From Hypanus sabinus (taxonomy: Eukaryota), in NCBI RefSeq assembly GCF_030144855.1, contig NC_082707.1, forward strand, positions 176,390,001 to 176,454,000: a DNA stretch of 64,000 nt. Direction: 5' to 3'. Below the pieces are notes generated by a model. It saw nothing but the letters and a program-made list of their open reading frames with translations. It searched no databases and was not told the origin of the DNA. Shown here piece after piece: positions 14,081 to 26,518 of the stretch. Position 1 is the first letter of the stretch, and each line of letters begins with the position of its first letter. The translations under genes and the position numbers were made by a program.

Positions 14081-15574
14081 TACTTTATTGTCACCAAACA
14101 ATTGATACTAGAGTGTACAATCATCACAGCGATATTTGATTTTGTGCTTTGAGCTCCCTGGAGTACAAATCACCTTTTGTGATTCCTCCTCTTGTGCCTA
14201 TTACCTCCCAGCTGCTGGAGGCAGTCCCACTATCCCCTCCCCCCTCCGTCTATCAGCATTCCCCTTCCCCCAGTTCCACCTATCACCTGCCAGCTCCAGC
14301 TCCACACCTTCCCCCCACTTTTTCATATTGCCTATCTTCCATTGTTCTTTCAGACCAGATGAAAGGCCCCGATCCCAAAGTTGACTGTCAAATGGATAAA
14401 TAGACCACAAATGGATTAGATGTTCTTAGACTGTTGAAAAGCTTGCTGTCAACTAGATCGCTGGGTTCATAAATCAATCTATCAATAATTTAGTACCACG
14501 TGGATGACCTAATTCAAGGGGCCCTTGGGCTACATAGAAAAGAGCTGATGTGACATGTTCAGAACGTCGGAAAGTTGCTGAAATTTGGCGACAGAAGTTT
14601 TGAGCCCTGTCAAGATGCATACTACTTAAATACTGAACCTTTGCACTGCTGACTTGTGTCCATTACTGCATTATAACCTTGGAGGGAAGTGTTACACGTG
14701 GCAAGCATCAAAGCAACTGTGTGTCACAGATTCATTTGTTGTTTGTTAAACTGGTATCAAAATGGAGTAACCAGGGGATTACTATGAGCTGTCAGTCAGC
14801 AATTTAACAAGATCTAAACATCTTGGGGCACCTGGCAACTCACATAATACTGCTTTGTGCTCCTGAGAGGAACATGAAACTGATATTTGCCAGGTTTTTC
14901 TCTTGTGGAACAGCATTATGCTTTCTGGTACCTTTGCAAGTGGTGCGGTGGAGGGGAGGAGCCACTCTATTTAAGATCACCTCCATAAAACTTTCCTGAA
15001 ATGGTAGAGTTTAACCTTAAGGTGTGAATTCATTGTTCACCAAATTTAAAGGAGAGATTTTCTCTCCTGAATCTTAGTGTAAATTAGGATTGATCCCATA
15101 CTTACACAAAGTAAAGCAGATAAATAATTAATTATTGAATAACTTAATTGATTTTGATTGAAGGGATTATTAGAGATTCTCATTTAACTTTGCTGAATTA
15201 GGTAAATTATCAAAGCAGTTGTAGTTAAATCTCCCTGGTTTGGATTGGGGCTATTAATCAGAGTAACAATCAAATTCTTCGTGTCTCTAACCTTCATTGT
15301 TGTCATGATGGTTGTATCAATCTGCCTTTACTAAAAGTCACAGTGAGTCAAAGAAGCACAGATTTTAGGAGAGCTTTTATCAAGGTCTGATAATGAGAAG
15401 CCTGCATTTGATGAAGCTCCCAGTAAATTGAGTTCACAGTTCCATAACAACTCAAAACTGAGTCCACTCAAGGTGCGTATTCTAAAAGCATGAGGTGCAT
15501 AACCTTTATCTCCCAAAGGATTGTTTTAGAAGGAAATGAGGTCTGGCGATTTGTTTAGCTCATCTTTACTATTG

Positions 15575-15985
15575 TTGTGTCACTGTAACCTCAGTGATCA
15601 CATACTCATTTCTCACTCAGAAGATTTTGTGTTCAAGTCCTCTCCAGGTTCTTGGAAAGTATTCAGTGTGACACTAAGGGGTTGCACCTTTGTTGCAGGT
15701 CCTACGTTTTGAATCTCTTGTTAAATGAAAGGCCTTTCCACCCTCTCAGCCAGAATTATGAGTCATCATTGATACTAATTCAGATGAGAATATCTGAGTT
15801 ATTCCTCTTTCAACATAACTGAAACAGATTTTCTGCTCATTATCACATTCTTGGGAGCTTGCTCTTTGCAGATTGGCTGCCAGGTTTCCCACATTTGACT
15901 GCACTTGAAAAATGTACTTAATTGACTTAGAAGTTCTTTAACACATCCTGAAGGTATGACATTGATAGAAGTTTTTATTTTTTGT
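15575..15985 (+). mobile_element. Ancient Deu-domain SINE (SacSINE1/AmnSINE1-like)
   Basis: GGGAGCTTGCT...ATTGGCTGCC...TTTCCCACATT...GTACTTAATTG...CATCCTGA is a Deu/tail pattern. Related fragments occur at ~5600-5700 (-), ~10190-10240 (-) and ~54040-54270 (+). Confidence 0.6.
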
Positions 15986-16850
15986 GCAGAACAGCTATTA
16001 AACCAGGAGATCAGTCCAATATGCTCTGAAACACTGTTTTTGATCATTAGAGAACATATTCTGATGAACTGAGATAAGCATTTTGCAGGAGCCTGTACCA
16101 AGGTGGTGCTGGCGAAACAGAGACATTTTGCAGACAGCTTAAAACTTCTAGATATATTTTTCCTGAACTACTATTGCTGCAATCTGCAGCCAGTAAATTC
16201 CCTTTAAGTAATGTACATTTAATCCATGTAAACAAGCTGGTGATTTTACAATATCCTGAATGACTCAGCTGACTCGAATCTTAGGAATGTAGGTACGGCA
16301 CTTTTAGGTGGGCAAAGGTAATCAACATGGTTGGAGGATGGGAGGACTCTAAGCTGGACTGAAACAGATGTAAACATTCCTCCACCCAGTATCTTGTTAG
16401 CAAATATATAGTCACTGATTGACAAGATGGATGATTGTTGTATCAGAGGGAAACGAGATATTGCTGCATTCTTTCTTACTCCACAGAAGGACCGATCTAC
16501 AGAACATTGGTGCAGGGTGGGGGTTTGTGTTTCATGATAAACTCCGACAAGCCCGGATGTAGTAGTCTTGTCACACTCTTTGTTCTCCTGATCTGGAAGA
16601 TCTAATGATTAAGTGCTGTCCATTCTCCTCTCTGGTCCTGACCGCAGTTTACATACCGCCAAGGACAGATATTAAACCAGCACTTGATAGATTAAGTGCT
16701 GTGCTTAACAAATGAGAAATAGCCTACCCTAGTCTTTCAAATCGTTGCTGGGACTTCCATCAGCCTTGGTGGAAGAAATCTTGATCCAAATGTGGCGGAG
16801 AGCGCTCAGTAAATGATCTCCATACACATGCACATTTACTTACTATTTAC

Positions 16851-16852
<2 letters not shown>

Positions 16853-16916
<64 letters not shown>
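16853..16916 (+). repeat. (AC)32 microsatellite
   Basis: Perfect dinucleotide run. Confidence 0.98.
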
Positions 16917-16920
<4 letters not shown>

Positions 16921-17199
16921 TGTTGCATGGAATGTACACACTTCAATGTCTTCTGGTATTTCTAGTATATTGTTATAATGGGTTGGCTTGATGGTGCTTT
17001 CCTGCCATACCTGGTGGAATATTCCGCTTCTTTAGTGATGAGGATGTGTATATATCGTTTGTATACTGTATTCAAGGTAGATACTTCTGTTTCTTGTGTA
17101 ATATGACTGCAACTAAATTGTGGGTGCATCATATTTGTAATTCATGTGTAGTTTTAAGTTAACTGTGGGTAATTAAAGATAGAATGTCCTGGTGCCCAA

Positions 17200-18084
17200 G
17201 GCTACGTCTACACTACGCCAGATAAATCCATAACTGAAGCTTTTTCTCTTTGTTTTTACCCTCCGTCCACACTAAAATGGCGTTTTCGTCCCCTGAAACC
17301 GGAGCTTTTTGGAAATGCTTTCTAGGGTGGGTATTTTTGAAAATGCTACTCGGGCAGATCAGTGTGGACGGGGTAACTGGAGACTTCTGAAAACGCTGTC
17401 AGACAGCAGTGCGCTATTTCATTGTTTTCTTGAATGCAACCAAACAATTTTAGAACAGACGCCAACGAGACTGAAGCCAGAAGAGTTAGAAATGTACTCA
17501 CCAAATACTTTGATCCATAACTTACTGAATAAATAAGTATATTCACTTTGCCCTGTTTCCTGTACTTGTCTGTATGAAGGTGGTTTATCTATTTATGCAA
17601 GTACTTCTCTGACAATAGATGTGTAACAGCCTAATGTAACGTTGTATGGAAATACAAGATAACACTAATGCAGACATGTTTTACACATTTAACGAGGTGC
17701 TTTATTAATGCAACAGAGATTGTCAGTTTTTCAATGTTTGTCGTCAGCCGGGTCAATCTGTCCGTGAACTCCGTCGGTTGCCTCCGTACGCTCCAGTATT
17801 TGTTTTTTTTTACTTTTAAGTTCTCCTGCGTGAGAGCCAACAGCTGCCCGCCATTTTAAGTTTTTCTAGTCTGTAACTACACAAATGTGCACTTTTACGG
17901 CGAGATTCGACACCAAACAAGTTGTTTGTTTTCAGTAGATGTGTCCTGCGCATGCCCAGTAGGAGGAGATTCGCTGAAAACTCCGTTTCAAGGTGGATAG
18001 AGATATTTTCAAAAACGCATAGTGTGGACGTTTTTACGCGAAACCAGTGTTTTCAAAATTATCCGGTCTAGTGTGGATGCATCC
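17200..18084. mobile_element. Non-autonomous PIF/Harbinger-type DNA transposon
   Basis: Imperfect TIRs GGCTACGTCTACACTA... and ...TAGTGTGGATGCATCC; flanks CAA and TAA (TAA-type TSD, one mismatch); no ORF. Confidence 0.7.
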
Positions 18085-20391
18085 TAAAAAGAATGGGGGC
18101 GGATTGCTCTCAATAGGGAGGGGAGAGAGAGATATCGAGCTGCCAGCTGTTCATGCTAGACATGGTATATTTGTGCTTTCTGGTAAATATCTTTTTCTAA
18201 ACATTGGCAGTTTTATTTTTGCTTATTTTTGTAAGTTTGACTTTTTGATGCACTGAATAAAACGCTTGCATGAAAGTGCTAAATGAATCTAGCCATTTCC
18301 CTTCAGCCATAACCCGCACATCATAACACCAAATATCATCAACATATCACCTGCCAAACCTGGGATCCCAATTCACTTGTGCATTACTGTACTATCATCA
18401 GGAATGCTGAACGTTCCATTGCGAGACCAGATTTTGGGAAATCTGATCGTTTGACCCCCTTCCTCCTACCTGCAGGCAGCCAGAGGATAAAGAGCAAATC
18501 TCCAGAGGTAAGGACAATGAAGAGGTGGTCACGGGAGGAGGAGGAGTGGCTATAGGATTGCTTCGAGTCAGTGGACTGTGCCATATTCAAAGACTCACCA
18601 GAGGATCTGAACAAATATGCCATGGTTGTCATGGACTTAATAAAGACAGTTGTGTATGAGTGTGTCCCCAAAAAATGATTCTGACTCTTCCCCAACCAGA
18701 AAGCCTGGATGAACCAAGAGATCCACAATTTGCCGAGGGCCCGATCAATGACGTTCAGGTCTGGCAAAAGTAAGGTACAAGAGGTCCAGCTATGATGTCT
18801 GTGAAGTGGCAATTCTGGACCAAACTTGAATCACTGAAGGATGCCCGACAGCTGTGGCAGGGCTTGAATGCTGTCACCTCCTACAAAGTAAAACCAAGTG
18901 ACATCTGACTTGAAATTTTCATGCCCAGATGAGCTCAATGCTTTTCTGCTGGCTTTTTGCAAGAAAACAAGGAGGCATCTTCATGAACTCCCACAGCCCC
19001 CAGTCACCCTCTGATTTCAGTCTCTAAAGCTGATGGGAGAGCATCGTTTGGGAGGGTGAACTCATTGAAAACATCTGGCCCACACAGCATGCTTGGCTAA
19101 GCTCTGAAGATCTGTGCTGTTCAACTGGCTGGAGTGTTCACCGAGGTCTTCGGCAGTCTGAAGTACCCACCTACCTCGAGTAGGCTTCAGGGCCTAAGAA
19201 GAACATGGCAACCTATCTCAATGACTATCATCCAGTAGCACTTACATCCATGTGATGAAGTGCTTTGAGAAGTTGGTGATGAAGTATATCAACTTCAGCC
19301 TGAGAAGTGACTTGGATCCACTCCAATTTGCCTGTTGTTGCAACAGTTCAACAGCAGATGGTATTTCATTGGCTCTTCACTCAACCCTGGAACGTCTAGA
19401 CAGTGAAGATGCATACTGTACGTCAAAATGCTCTTCATTGACTACAGGTCACCATTCAATGCTATCATTTCTTCAAAACTGGTCAATAAGCACCAAGACC
19501 TAGGCATCGATACCTCTTTGTGCAATTGGATCATAGAGATTTTCACTTGCAGACTCCAGTCAGTTCAAATTCACAACAACATCTCCTCCACAATCTCCAT
19601 CAGCACAGGTACACTGCAAGGCTGCATGTTTAAACCCTACTGCAACCCCCCCACCCCCCACTCGCTCTATGCTAATGACTGCAAGGCTAAGTACAGTTCC
19701 AATGTCATACTGAAATTTGTTAGCCGGATCAAAGATGGTGATGAATTAGCATATAGAAGGGGGATTGAAAATCGAGCTGTCACAACAACAAACTGTCACT
19801 CAACGTCAGCAAAGCCAAATAGCTGATAATTGACTACAGCAAGAGGAAACCAGAGGTCCACAAGTCAGTCCTCATCAGGGGATGAGAGGCAGAGAGGGTC
19901 AGCAACTTTAAATTTCTTGGCATTATCACTTCAGAGGGTTTGTCCTGGGTCCTGCAGGTCAGTGCCATTACAATGAAAGCATGGCAACATCTCCACTTTC
20001 TGAGAAGTTTGCACAGATTCAGCGTGTCATCTAAATGTTTGACAGACCTATATGGATATGCAGTGCACAGTATACTCACTGGTATGGGAACACCAATGCA
20101 CTCGAACAGAAAAGCCAAAAAGTAGCGGATTCAGTCCAGACCATCATAGGCAAAGCCCTCCCCACCATTGAGCACATCTACAAGGAGCACTGTCGCAGGA
20201 AATCAGCATCCGTCATCAAGGACCCCCGCCATTCAGGCCATGCCCTCTTTTCACTGCTATTATCCTCAGGATCCACACCACCAGGTTCAGGAACAGTTAT
20301 TACCCCTGAAATATCAGGCTCTTGAACCAGAGGGGTAACTACACTCACCCCAGCGCTGAAATGATCCACAACCTATGAATTTACTTTTAAG

Positions 20392-21545
20392 TGTGATGGC
20401 ATTGGGTTTGCTTATCGTGAAGTTATAAACTCAAGCGAAGATCATAAGCCCTGTTCGATATAGATAGCTCTGGGCACCATCATTAAAGGGAAGTTATACT
20501 GTAACCGCCTTCTTGTCAAAGGCTAGATCACTTTCCTGTTCATCATCCGTGGTGAGTTTAGCTGCCAATGCCTACTGTTTTAGTGGTGGGTCGTTCCCCA
20601 CCCTCCCCACCCCACCAAGAAGGAGATACTTCAAGCTAACAAAGTAGTTTAACCACAGTTAATTTATTTTTAGTGATGCAAGTTTAAATCCAGACAAAAT
20701 CCTTAAAACACATTTAATACTCAGAGGTTTGCTATCTTATAAAATTGTCAAATTATAAACAATTTCTAAAATCAAAAGATTTCCAAAACACAGGTACAAT
20801 TCCCATAATCTAAAAAGACATACCAGCAAGTTGCAGAAGAATGAGTTGTCCATCACCGAAATCAAAGGTAGGGGAATTCTGATTCTAATTCCCTCCGTCG
20901 TTCTGTCATTTTTCTTCCTGATATTTGACCATTCTTAACAAACGTGGCTGCTCTCTTACATTTATACTTTCTTTTGCCACTTGGGTGACTTCACATAAAC
21001 GTAATTTTTTTTCAGATACCTTTTCACACAGATGGTCAAAAAGCTGGAGACAGATCTTCCAAATACCCACAATTAATGCCATGAATGCTGACCTTTTGAG
21101 TACACCAACCTTCAAACTATTGATAGATCAGCTATTTGATGTGCTAAGTGATAGTATCAATCTGGTCTGCAAGCTTCATTAAACTAAATAACTTAATCAG
21201 TGTTGTCTCATTTGATGCAAGCCCAATTAACATAACAACATTCTCTTACACTGCACCTCTTGAGCACTCAGCCTTGTGGTGTAGGCCGGCAATCTGGGCT
21301 CTATAGACAGTGCTGTTTGATGCAAAGCTGTCCTTTTAACTGCAAGCTGATTTTTACTTGTCGTTTACATTAAGTACTGAAGGCTGGCTCCATTTACGAA
21401 AGGAAGCTGTACAAAGAATATCGTTGGGAGTTTAACTTACGCAAAAACAGCATTTTGATCTCTGCAAGTGTTAGCTGCTATGTTAGAAAGCTGAGCATGT
21501 CAAAAAGGCATGCCCCTTGGCTCTGGAGACTGAAGATCTGTCATG
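20392..21545. mobile_element. Solo-LTR-like insertion within a Rex1/Babar LINE 3' region
   Basis: 4-bp TSD TAAG (20388-20391 and 21546-21549); ends TGTGATGG...CTGTCATG. The LINE sequence resumes on both sides. Confidence 0.6.
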
Positions 21546-22549
21546 TAAGAACTCTACAACATGTTCTAGATACTTATTGCTTATTTATTTATTATTATTG
21601 GTAATTTCACTCTTTTTCTGTATTAGCACAGTTTGTTATTTGCACATTGGTTGCCTATATTTGTTGAATGCGTTTTCATTGACTCTGTTGTGTTTCTTTG
21701 TATTTACTGCGAACACCTGCAGGAAAATGAATCTCAGGGTTGTGTGTGGTGACATATATGCACTTTGATAATAAATTTACTTTGAGCCTTTTGAAATGAA
21801 GAGCCATGCTCATTGATTAAGAAGCAATGTCTTTTCCTCTGCCATCTGATTTCTGAACAGTCATGAACAGAACCACATTATTCTTTTTAATTGTACTATT
21901 TGTGATTTTACGTCTATGTGTTGTACTGTTGGCACAACACAACACATTCCACACCATGTAAGGCAGTGAGATTGAACATGATTCTGATTCTGGGGGTAAA
22001 AAGCACTCTTGTTGTCTACCTTGGAGACCTCCTTTAACCAGGGAAAGGTGTAAAACTTCACACAGAATTCATGAATGCCCTAACATTAGTTTGAGCCTTT
22101 GCGAGCTTTATGTTGCCAAAGCAACGGAGTATTTTGCAGTCAGCTGTTGCAGGATTTCTGTGATAGGCCTCTGTGTCACACACACTCGCAGAGCAACCAT
22201 GGTGGGTTGGTATTTCCAGAAATAAAAGACATCATGCACCCTGTGTCTTCAAACAAAACTGAAATGAAGGTAGTTTCAAGGGAGTGCCTGTAAATTTCAT
22301 AGCTGAGTGTTCTGATCAGAGCAATGCAAAGAAACTCTGAACTAGCACTGCTTGTTGAAGATTTTATGCCCCGTTTATATAAGAACCCATTGTTTACAAC
22401 CAGGAGTGGCCTTGTACCATTTGAGGCAAGCGTATTGTGCAAACTTAAACTGGTTTCAGAAACAAAGCTAGTGCAATTTCTCATTTTATCTTCTCATCCA
22501 GTGACTGCACTGGTACAATTAAGAAGAAATCAGATCAGGAGTAAGTCAT

Positions 22550-22763
22550 TGATGCACCATCAATAACTCACACTGAGACGTAAGGCGAGATATCGGCTTT
22601 TATTGACTGGAAGAAGGAACCAGGAGTGAGTGTCCATCATACTATGTCCTGGAGACTGAGGCCGAGCGTCAGGCCTCAGATCGCCTTTATACAGGGGCCT
22701 GTGGGAGGAGCCACAGGAGCAGTCAGCAGGGGGCGTGTCCAGACAGGCACATAGTTCACCACA
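22550..22763 (-). repeat. 3' LTR of the Gypsy element (214 bp)
   Basis: Direct repeat of 26952-27165; preceded on the minus strand by the polypurine tract. Confidence 0.96.
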
Positions 22764-22777
22764 TTCACCCCCCCTTT
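22764..22777 (-). promoter_or_regulatory. Polypurine tract (PPT)
   Basis: Minus strand AAAGGGGGGGTGAA abuts the 3' LTR. Confidence 0.85.
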
Positions 22778-22808
22778 GTTTGAAAGAGTCCCCATGTGGC
22801 GAAGTTTC

Positions 22809-23960
22809 TTACAAGTCAAGTCTATCAGGTGGTCGAATCTGTCGCTGCGACCTACGTAGCACCGGCTGTGATCGCATGGATGCCGGCGACATTGGTGATT
22901 GCACAGGGGACGGAGGTTGCGCTTGTTCCTGCCCACTAGGCGCCGGTGATCCCTCACGCATGTGCGAGGCGCCTGGTATAAATGCGTACGAAACGCCCGG
23001 TATACAAGTGTCGTGAAGAGTCTGTGTTGGGCCTGGTGAGTACGGTGTCACCTCTGGTGCAGGGTTCATAGTTACCGGAGAGCCTTCAGGGTAGTGGTCT
23101 GCTGCACCTGCGGGTGCCAGGTCGCGGATGGAGACCGTGTCCTCCCGCCCATCAGGTAAGACCACGTAAGCATGCTGGGGGTTCGCATGTAGAAGGTGAA
23201 CCCTCTCTACCAGCGGGGAGTATTTATTGCTCCTCACATGTTTCCGGAGCAGCACTGGCCCCGGGGACGTCAGCCAAACTGGTAGGGTGGTCCCAGTGAC
23301 AGACTTCCTGGGAAAAGAGAATAGGCGTTCGTGAGGGGTGGCATTGGTGGACGTACATAACAGAGAGCGGATAGAGTGCAGTGCCTCAGGGAGGACCTCC
23401 TGCCATCGAGAGACCGGCAACCCTTTTGACTTAAGGGCTAAAAGTATGGCCTTCCACACTGTGGCATTCTCCCGCTCCACCTGGCCATTACCTCGGGGAT
23501 TATAACTCGTGGTCCGACTGGTAGCAATGCCCCTAGCTAGCAAGTACTGGCGCAGCTCCTCACTCATAAAGGAGGACCCTCTATCGCTGTGGATATAGCA
23601 GGGATACCCGAACAGAGTGAAGAGCTGGCGCAGGGCTTTTATGACGGACGTGGCAGTGGTGTCGGGGCAGGGGATGGCAAAGGGGAACCGTGAGTACTCG
23701 TCGATAACACTGAGAAAATAGACATTGTGGTCAGTGGAGGGAAGGGGGCCCTTAAAGTCAACACTCAGTCGTTCAAAAGGGCGGGTGGCCTTGACAAGTT
23801 GTGCCGTGTCAGGACGGTAGAAGTGCGGTTTGCACTCAGCGCAAATTTGGCAGTCCCTGGTCATCGTCCTGATGTCCTCCAGGGAGTACGGCAGGTTCCG
23901 AGCTTTCACAAAATGGTAAAATCGGGTGACCCCCGGATGGCAAAGTTGTGCATGAAGCAC
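22809..23960 (-). CDS. Gypsy integrase domain (open frame, separated from upstream pol by a frameshift)
   Basis: HHCC motif (LHAQLCHPG...CQIC), DDE motifs (SVDFKG, HSDRG, QVER), then a Pro/Ser-rich tail ending LRRSQRQIRPPDRLDL. No chromodomain. Confidence 0.92.
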   Translation of the reverse strand: MLHAQLCHPGVTRFYHFVKARNLPYSLEDIRTMTRDCQICAECKPHFYRPDTAQLVKATRPFERLSVDFKGPLPSTDHNVYFLSVIDEYSRFPFAIPCPDTTATSVIKALRQLFTLFGYPCYIHSDRGSSFMSEELRQYLLARGIATSRTTSYNPRGNGQVERENATVWKAILLALKSKGLPVSRWQEVLPEALHSIRSLLCTSTNATPHERLFSFPRKSVTGTTLPVWLTSPGPVLLRKHVRSNKYSPLVERVHLLHANPQHAYVVLPDGREDTVSIRDLAPAGAADHYPEGSPVTMNPAPEVTPYSPGPTQTLHDTCIPGVSYAFIPGASHMREGSPAPSGQEQAQPPSPVQSPMSPASMRSQPVLRRSQRQIRPPDRLDL

Positions 23961-26518
23961 AGCTGGTCGAGCTGTGTGCTAGCACATGTTCCCCGGGATA
24001 GGGCATCAGGGGGCTCATTGAGTCTGCCAGGCCGGTACAGGATATCATAGGTGTAGGTGGAGAGTTCTATTCTCCACCGCAAAATCTTATCATTTTTGAT
24101 TTTGCCCCGCTGTTGGTTGCTGAACAGGAACGCAACCGAGCGCTGGTCAGTCAGCAGGGTGAACCTTTTGCCAGCAAGATAGTGCCTCCAGTGCCTAACA
24201 GCCTCCACGATGGCCTGGGCTTCTTTCTCCACCGCGGAGTGCCGAATTTCGGAGCCTTGGAGGGTGCGAGAAAAGAATGCTACTGGTCTGCCTTCCTGAT
24301 TGAGGGTAGCAGCCAGAGCAAAATCGGAGGCGTCACACTCCACTTGGAAGGGAGCGGTCTCGTCCACCGCATGCATCGTAGCTTTGGCAATGTCCTCTTT
24401 AATGCAGCTGAAGGCCACGCGGGCCTCGGCAGAGAGGGGAAACGAGGTAGACTTGACCAGGGGGCGAGCCTTGTCTGCGTAATGGGGGACCCATTGGGCG
24501 TAATAGGAAAAAAAACCCAGGCACCGTCTGAGGGCCTTGAGAGTGGTGGGAAGAGGGAGTTCTAACAGGGGGCGCATACGTTCGGGATCAGGGCCAATAA
24601 CCCCGTTTTCCACGACATACCCAAGTATAGCAAGGCGGGTGGTTCCAAACACACACTTGTCCCTGTTATAAGTAAGGTTCAGAGCTGCGGCCACTTGGAG
24701 AAATCGTTGGAGGTTGGCGTCCTGATCTGGCCTGTCGTGACCACAGATGGTGATGTTATCCAGATAGGGAAATGTGGCCTTCAGTTGGTACTGGTCCACC
24801 ATCCGGTCCATTTCCCTCTGGAAGACAGAGACACCATTCGTGACACCGAAAGGGACGTGCAAGAAGTGATAGAGCCTGCTGCCTGCCTCGAAGGCGGTGT
24901 AGGGGCGGTCCTCTGGGCAGATGGGGTGCTGGTGATAAGCGGATTTCAGATCTATTGTCGAGTACACCATGTACTGAGCAATCTGGTTGACCATATCCGC
25001 GATGCGGGGTAGGGGGTACGCGTCAAGCTGCGTGAACCTATTGATGGTTTGACTATAGTCCACCACCATCCTATTTTTCTGCCCAGTCCGAACAACAACC
25101 ACCTGGGCCCTCCAAGGGCTTGTGCTTGGCTCAATGATCCCCTCCCTGAGCAGCCGCTGCACCTCCGACTGAATGAAGGCCCTGTCCCCCGCGCTGTACC
25201 TCCTGCTTTTAGTTGCCACAGGTTTACAGTCAGGGGTCAGGTTGGCGAACAGCGGTGGGGGAGGGACCTTGAGAGTGGAGAGGCTGCAAGTGGTGTCGGT
25301 AGCACAGCTGTCGGCATGGTTCTGGATGGGATGTGTGTGCCCGTGTGTGTGTGTGGTCAGTAGCGGGGTATGTGAAGAAGTCCCACAAAACTGAGGATTC
25401 CTGACAGTGAGCGGTGGGAGGGGCCCGTCATACACCATAGTCACACTTTCGAGATGGCTCTGGAAGTCCAGCCCCAATAGCACAGGGGCGCACAGATTAG
25501 GCATGACCAGTAGCTCAAAGTTCCGATATTCTGTGCCTTGCACCACCAAAGTCGTTACACAACCCGCCCGGATGTCTGTGGACTGCGACCCAGAAGCCAA
25601 ATGGAACCTCCGACTTACCGGCCGCGTTGCAAGTCCACAGCGTTGCACTGTGTCCGGGTGAATAAAACTCCCAGTGCTGCCCATGTCAAACAGGCATCTA
25701 GTCCGGTGCCCCTCCACCAGGATGTCCATCATGGACCTTGCAAGCTGGTGTGGGGCGCTTTGGTCGAGAGTTACAGTGGCCAGAGTTGAATCGCCGTCGG
25801 GGTACCCGGTAAGCATTGGAGGGTCGGGGGCGGGGCATGCTGACGTCGACAAAGATGGCCGCCCACATCCGGGGTACCCGGTCAGCATTCGAGGGTCGGG
25901 GGCGGGGCATGCTGACGTCGACAAAGATGGCCGCTCACATCCGGGGTACCCGGTCAGCATTCGAGGGTCGGGGGCGGGGCATGCTGACGTCGACAAAGAT
26001 GGCCGCTCACATCCGGGGTACCCGGTAAGCATCGGAGGGTCGGGGGCGGGGCGTGCTGACGCCGACAAAGATGGCCGCCCACATCCGGGCATGCAAGATG
26101 GCGGCCCCCACGTTTCACCCGCAGCACTGCACTCCGCTCGAGGTTGAGACTTACAGACCTTGGCGAAATGGCCCTGCTTTCCGCAGCTGGAGCAGGTCGC
26201 TTCTCGCGCTGGACAGCGTTGTCGAGAGTGTTTTTTATGGCCACAGAAAGAACAAAGCACAGGCTTCCGACGGGCTGCCGCTGTGGTCGGGTTCGGGGAG
26301 CTCGTGGAATCGCGACTGGCAGCGGCGTTGGCGAATTTGCTCCCGGGAGCCGGCAGTGGCAGGGTCTGAGGAGTCCACGGAACCAGCGGGGAATCGCGCG
26401 ACTGGACAGCGTCGGCGTAGTGCAGCGCAGCTTCCAGAGCGTTGGCCGTCTCCATCGCCGAGCTTAAGGTAAGGTTGGCATTTTCCAGCAGTCGCTGGCA
26501 CATGTACACAAAAGCGTC
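23960..26518 (-). pseudogene. Gypsy gag C-terminus (2 zinc knuckles), protease, reverse transcriptase and RNase H
   Basis: ORF 23906..26581 contains CSFCGHKKHSRQRC and CSSCGKQGHFAKVC knuckles, protease LFDMGS (DTG/DSG expected), RT motifs SPWRAQ, VDY, DLKSAYHQ, PFG and YLDN, and RNase H motifs CDAS, EKE and TDQ. It frameshifts near 23960. Confidence 0.93.
25798..26085 (-). repeat. In-frame 72-bp x4 tandem repeat (24 aa) between the gag knuckles and the protease
   Basis: Units start at 25798, 25870, 25942 and 26014; peptide GCERPSLSTSACPAPDPRMLTGYP. Confidence 0.95.

Larger units (their letters stand above)
16330..21790 (+). mobile_element. Degenerate Rex1/Babar-type LINE, interrupted by (AC)n, a Harbinger MITE and a solo-LTR-like insert
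   Basis: Endonuclease-region remnants at 16330-16800; RT remnants MKCFEKLV, LDPLQFA, MLFIDY and KAWQHLHFLR at 18300-20390; 3' tail TTGATAATAAATTTACTTTGA near 21770. Confidence 0.8.

Noticed and set aside
15340-15472. Possible exon ending AAG|GTGCGT (e.g. of a neighbouring gene such as SNAPC1)
   Set aside because: No good acceptor compatible with the open frame and no recognisable homology.
22764-22810. env gene or chromodomain in the Gypsy element
   Set aside because: The integrase stop is ~30 nt from the PPT, leaving no room, and the integrase tail is low-complexity Pro/Ser.
23950-23965. Programmed ribosomal frameshift between RNase H and integrase
   Set aside because: No slippery heptamer and an atypical position; best explained as a small deletion.
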